Assembly: GCA_944392435.1 (NCBI GenBank)
Contig: CALXWQ010000002.1
Span: 1-35,564, forward strand
DNA from: an uncultured Clostridia bacterium
Lineage (GTDB): Bacteria; Bacillota; Clostridia; TANB77; CAG-508
Direction of reading: 5' to 3'
Length of the DNA: 35,564 nt
Of the stretch, positions 32,732 through 35,564 are shown in pieces. Under the pieces are notes generated by a model. That model saw only the letters and a program-made list of their open reading frames with translations. It made no database searches and had not been told where the DNA came from. A program made the translations under genes and the position numbers. The first letter of the stretch is position 1. The number at the start of each line of letters is the position of its first letter.

Positions 32732-33277
32732 TTAAAAATATCTTGTTAGTATTTTCTTTGTTTTGAATGTGTCTTCTAATGCATGTCCTGCCTTTTGGAT
32801 TAATGGATATATTATTATTGTAATAATTAAATTATATATAATTTCTACTAATAAAATTTTTATAAACGCTATAATTTCTAGATTCATCTCAAGTGTTATT
32901 ACATTAAATAAATAGCAACCAATTTCATAAATTGCTGTACAACTTGCTATCATTAACATTATAGTGACTCTACTTTCCTTTGAGAAATTTTTATCTAAAA
33001 GTTCTCCTATTACCCCTACAATTCCGAGCATTATCCCCGATATTCCTATTTGTCGTCCTATAATAACATCTATGTAAAATCCAAAGATTATTCCCAATAT
33101 AATTCCTAATTTTTTACCTGCAAATAATCCAATCATTAAAACATATATTATAAATAAATTAGGTTGAATTCCTCCTATAGTAAACCATGTGAAAAAATTG
33201 GATTGTACAAAATATAATAAAAAAAATGTTATTATCAATACAATAATAGATATTACTTTTCTCAATTTTTTCACCAT
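32732..33277 (-). CDS. mreD: Rod shape-determining protein MreD
   Basis: 181-aa polytopic membrane protein located directly between mreC and PBP2. Confidence 0.85.
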   Translation of the reverse strand: MVKKLRKVISIIVLIITFFLLYFVQSNFFTWFTIGGIQPNLFIIYVLMIGLFAGKKLGIILGIIFGFYIDVIIGRQIGISGIMLGIVGVIGELLDKNFSKESRVTIMLMIASCTAIYEIGCYLFNVITLEMNLEIIAFIKILLVEIIYNLIITIIIYPLIQKAGHALEDTFKTKKILTRYF

Positions 33278-33296
33278 GCCTTTCTATTTATGTTTT

Positions 33297-34124
33297 TTAT
33301 TCACTTACACTATTTGTAATTACTAAAACTGTGTTTAGCTTTGTAAAATTAACTGCTGTCTCTACTATTGCATATCTATCTGTAATATTGCTTGTATTAA
33401 CTACTTCTTTAATTGTTCCTATATGAATTCCTTTTGGATAAATTCCACCAATTCCTGATGTTTCTACACTATCTCCTTGTAAAACTACTGCATCCGTAGG
33501 TATAAATGTAGCTCTTAAAGTTGCTTTATCGTCCAATGTACCTTGTACTATAATTGTATCATCTGTTGTGCTAATTGTACTTGTAACAGCTGATGCTGTA
33601 TCTACTATAGTTTGTACCTGGGCTGTGTTTGATGAAACAGAAATTACATGTCCTACTAAGCCACTATCTGCAATTACTGTCATATTTTCTTTAATGCCAT
33701 CATTAGAGCCAACATTTATAACAATTGTACTACTATAATTACTAATATCTCTGTTTATTACATCTGCTGGAATTGTACTATAATCTTTATATTTATCTTT
33801 TAAATTGACATATTCTTTTAATGTTTCGTTTTCCGCTTTAATAATTTCTAATTCTCTTAAAGATTGCTCAAGTTCGCTATTTTTTTGCTTTAATTCTTCA
33901 TTTTCTTGTTTCAAAGTATCTAAATCAGCAAAAAAACTATCGTTTCCTGTTATTTTGTTTTTTAAATAGGCGAATCCGTTTTGTACAGGCATTACAAATA
34001 CATTACATATATTTTCAATATATGACATTTGGTTTCCATTAGTATTTGTAAATATTACTAGCAATACTAATATTATAATTGTTATTATAATTCCTATAAT
34101 TCCTTTCTTTTTGTTTTTATACAT
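33297..34124 (-). CDS. mreC: Rod shape-determining protein MreC
   Basis: N-terminal TM, coiled coil (LKQENEELKQKNSELEQSLRELE), beta-rich domain with GLVGHVISVSSNTAQVQTIVD. Confidence 0.9.
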   Translation of the reverse strand: MYKNKKKGIIGIIITIIILVLLVIFTNTNGNQMSYIENICNVFVMPVQNGFAYLKNKITGNDSFFADLDTLKQENEELKQKNSELEQSLRELEIIKAENETLKEYVNLKDKYKDYSTIPADVINRDISNYSSTIVINVGSNDGIKENMTVIADSGLVGHVISVSSNTAQVQTIVDTASAVTSTISTTDDTIIVQGTLDDKATLRATFIPTDAVVLQGDSVETSGIGGIYPKGIHIGTIKEVVNTSNITDRYAIVETAVNFTKLNTVLVITNSVSE

Positions 34125-34214
34125 ATTTGCTAATCATTCCTTCTATTTTTCTTTATAGTTTAGGTTCGCAAATTTATAACTTGCAAACACAACCGGCTTT
34201 TACATAAAAATATT

Positions 34215-35240
34215 TTATCTTCTTTTTCTAGAATTAATTAGAACAGTCTTTAATCTTTCTAAATCTTCCAATGTTTTTCCTGTTCCTTTTACAACACATT
34301 CAAGCGGGTCTTCTGCAACATATACAGGCATTTCTGTTCTTTCTGCTATTAATTTATCTAAATTTTTAATTAATGCGCCACCACCTGATAAAATAATTCC
34401 CTTTTCCATAATGTCAGATGAAAGTTCTGGTGGTGTTCTTTCTAGTGTTTGTTTAACTATTTCGACAATTTTATCCATAGATTCTTGTATTGCTTCTTCA
34501 ACTTGTGCTGAAGTAATAGTCTCAGTTTGTGGCAATCCTGTAGCTAAATCTCTACCGCTTATTTCCATGCTAAGTTCTGTAACTAGTGGCATAGCACATC
34601 CTATTTCTTTTTTTACCTGTTCTGCCGTAGTTGCACCTATAGCTAAATTCATTTCTCTTTTAACATAATTAATTATTTCTTCATCTAATTCATCCCCAGC
34701 TATTCTTATAGAATTGCTTACAACAATTCCACCTAAGGATATAACTGCTACTTCTGTGGTTCCCCCTCCTATATCTACTATTATGTTTCCACTTGGCTCT
34801 GCAATCTCTAAATTTGCTCCAATTGCTGCAGCCATTGGTTCTTCTATTAAATATACTTCTTTTGCACCTGCTTGTAAAATTGCTTCTTCCACTGCTCTTT
34901 CTTCTACTTCAGTTATGCCAGAAGGTACTCCAACAACTACTCTAGGTTTTCCAACACTATATCTTTGACATATTTTATATATAATATTTTTAAGCATTAA
35001 TTGTGTTGCTGTAAAATCAGCAATTACTCCATCTTTCATGGGTCTTACAGCTTTTATTTGTTCTGGTGTTCTTCCCAACATTTCTTTTGCCTCATGCCCT
35101 GTTGCTAATATTCTTTGAGACTTTCTATCTATAGCCACAACTGATGGCTCATTTAAAACTATTCCCTTTCCTTTGATTGTAACTAAAATATTTGCTGTGC
35201 CTAGGTCTATCCCTATATCTTTTGAACCAAAATTAAACAT
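34215..35240 (-). CDS. mreB: Rod shape-determining actin homologue MreB
   Basis: MFNFGSKDIGIDLGTANILV...DIGGGTTEVAV... are canonical. ATG at 35240 has GGAGGG 7 nt upstream; the track start at 35255 adds 5 unsupported residues. Confidence 0.95.
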   Translation of the reverse strand: MFNFGSKDIGIDLGTANILVTIKGKGIVLNEPSVVAIDRKSQRILATGHEAKEMLGRTPEQIKAVRPMKDGVIADFTATQLMLKNIIYKICQRYSVGKPRVVVGVPSGITEVEERAVEEAILQAGAKEVYLIEEPMAAAIGANLEIAEPSGNIIVDIGGGTTEVAVISLGGIVVSNSIRIAGDELDEEIINYVKREMNLAIGATTAEQVKKEIGCAMPLVTELSMEISGRDLATGLPQTETITSAQVEEAIQESMDKIVEIVKQTLERTPPELSSDIMEKGIILSGGGALIKNLDKLIAERTEMPVYVAEDPLECVVKGTGKTLEDLERLKTVLINSRKRR

Positions 35241-35336
35241 TATTTTTCCCTCCATTTAAGCCTTTTGTTTTGTAATTTCACATGGCATACTTACCACCTG
35301 AATATGTAACTCTATAATTTTAGTTATATTGCGCAT

Positions 35337-35564
35337 TTATACTGTTTTACTTCTTAAGTAAAAGATGCTACAAAATCCATAATCTCCAATTACAATATGG
35401 TCTAATAACTCTATTCCCATTATTTTTGATGCTTGTACCATTCTTTCTGTAAAATCAAAATCAGATCTGCTTGGTGTTGGATCTCCGCTTGGGTGATTAT
35501 GTACTAAGATTATCTTTGGTGCTCCTAATTTAATTGCTTCTTGTAATACATCTTTAGGTTTTAA
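35337..35564 (-). CDS. radC: RadC-family JAMM-motif protein, C-terminal fragment (truncated by the window edge)
   Basis: Hand translation of the minus strand from 35564: LKPKDVLQEAIKLGAPKIILVHNHPSGDPTPSRSDFDFTERMVQASKIMGIELLDHIVIGDYGFCSIFYLRSKTV*. The HNHPSGDPTPS motif is diagnostic, and a position upstream of mreB is typical. Confidence 0.85.
   Translation of the reverse strand, partial: LKPKDVLQEAIKLGAPKIILVHNHPSGDPTPSRSDFDFTERMVQASKIMGIELLDHIVIGDYGFCSIFYLRSKTV

Noticed and set aside
1-35564. CRISPR array formed by the repeated intergenic elements.
   Set aside because: The repeats are kilobases apart, differ in orientation, are themselves long hairpins, and are not interleaved with uniform short spacers. 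No cas genes are present.

Overview
AT-rich chromosomal segment from a spore-forming, low-GC Firmicute (Clostridia-like). Nearly all genes are on the minus strand. The right end holds the cell-shape cluster radC(partial)-mreB-mreC-mreD-PBP2-minC. The left and centre hold housekeeping genes: yraN, a NUDIX hydrolase, an OmpR/histidine-kinase pair, an AI-2E transporter, xth, a G5/SleB-type wall hydrolase, lemA-htpX, tatD, acpS and spoIIE. Between spoIIE and minC sit a two-gene operon for very large surface proteins (about 1,734 and 1,664 aa; DUF11-like and SdrD-B-like domains) and a cluster of small uncharacterised ORFs. No rRNA, tRNA or CRISPR array was seen. The most unusual content is non-coding. 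The intergenic regions carry at least three families of repeated, hairpin-forming elements that I cannot assign to any family I know. Family X is a ~85-nt hairpin core with four full copies and one remnant, and it shows compensatory base changes between copies. Family Z is a GTTACAATTCAYGGC-type inverted repeat; one 63-bp copy has 15-bp terminal inverted repeats (TIRs) and an 8-bp target-site-like duplication (TSD), and related arms enclose two X copies. Family Y is a ~90-nt repeat in three copies, two of which flank minC in inverted orientation. Several copies overlap promoter-like hexamers of adjacent genes. Everything here comes from reading the sequence and ORF translations by eye; no database or folding software was used.
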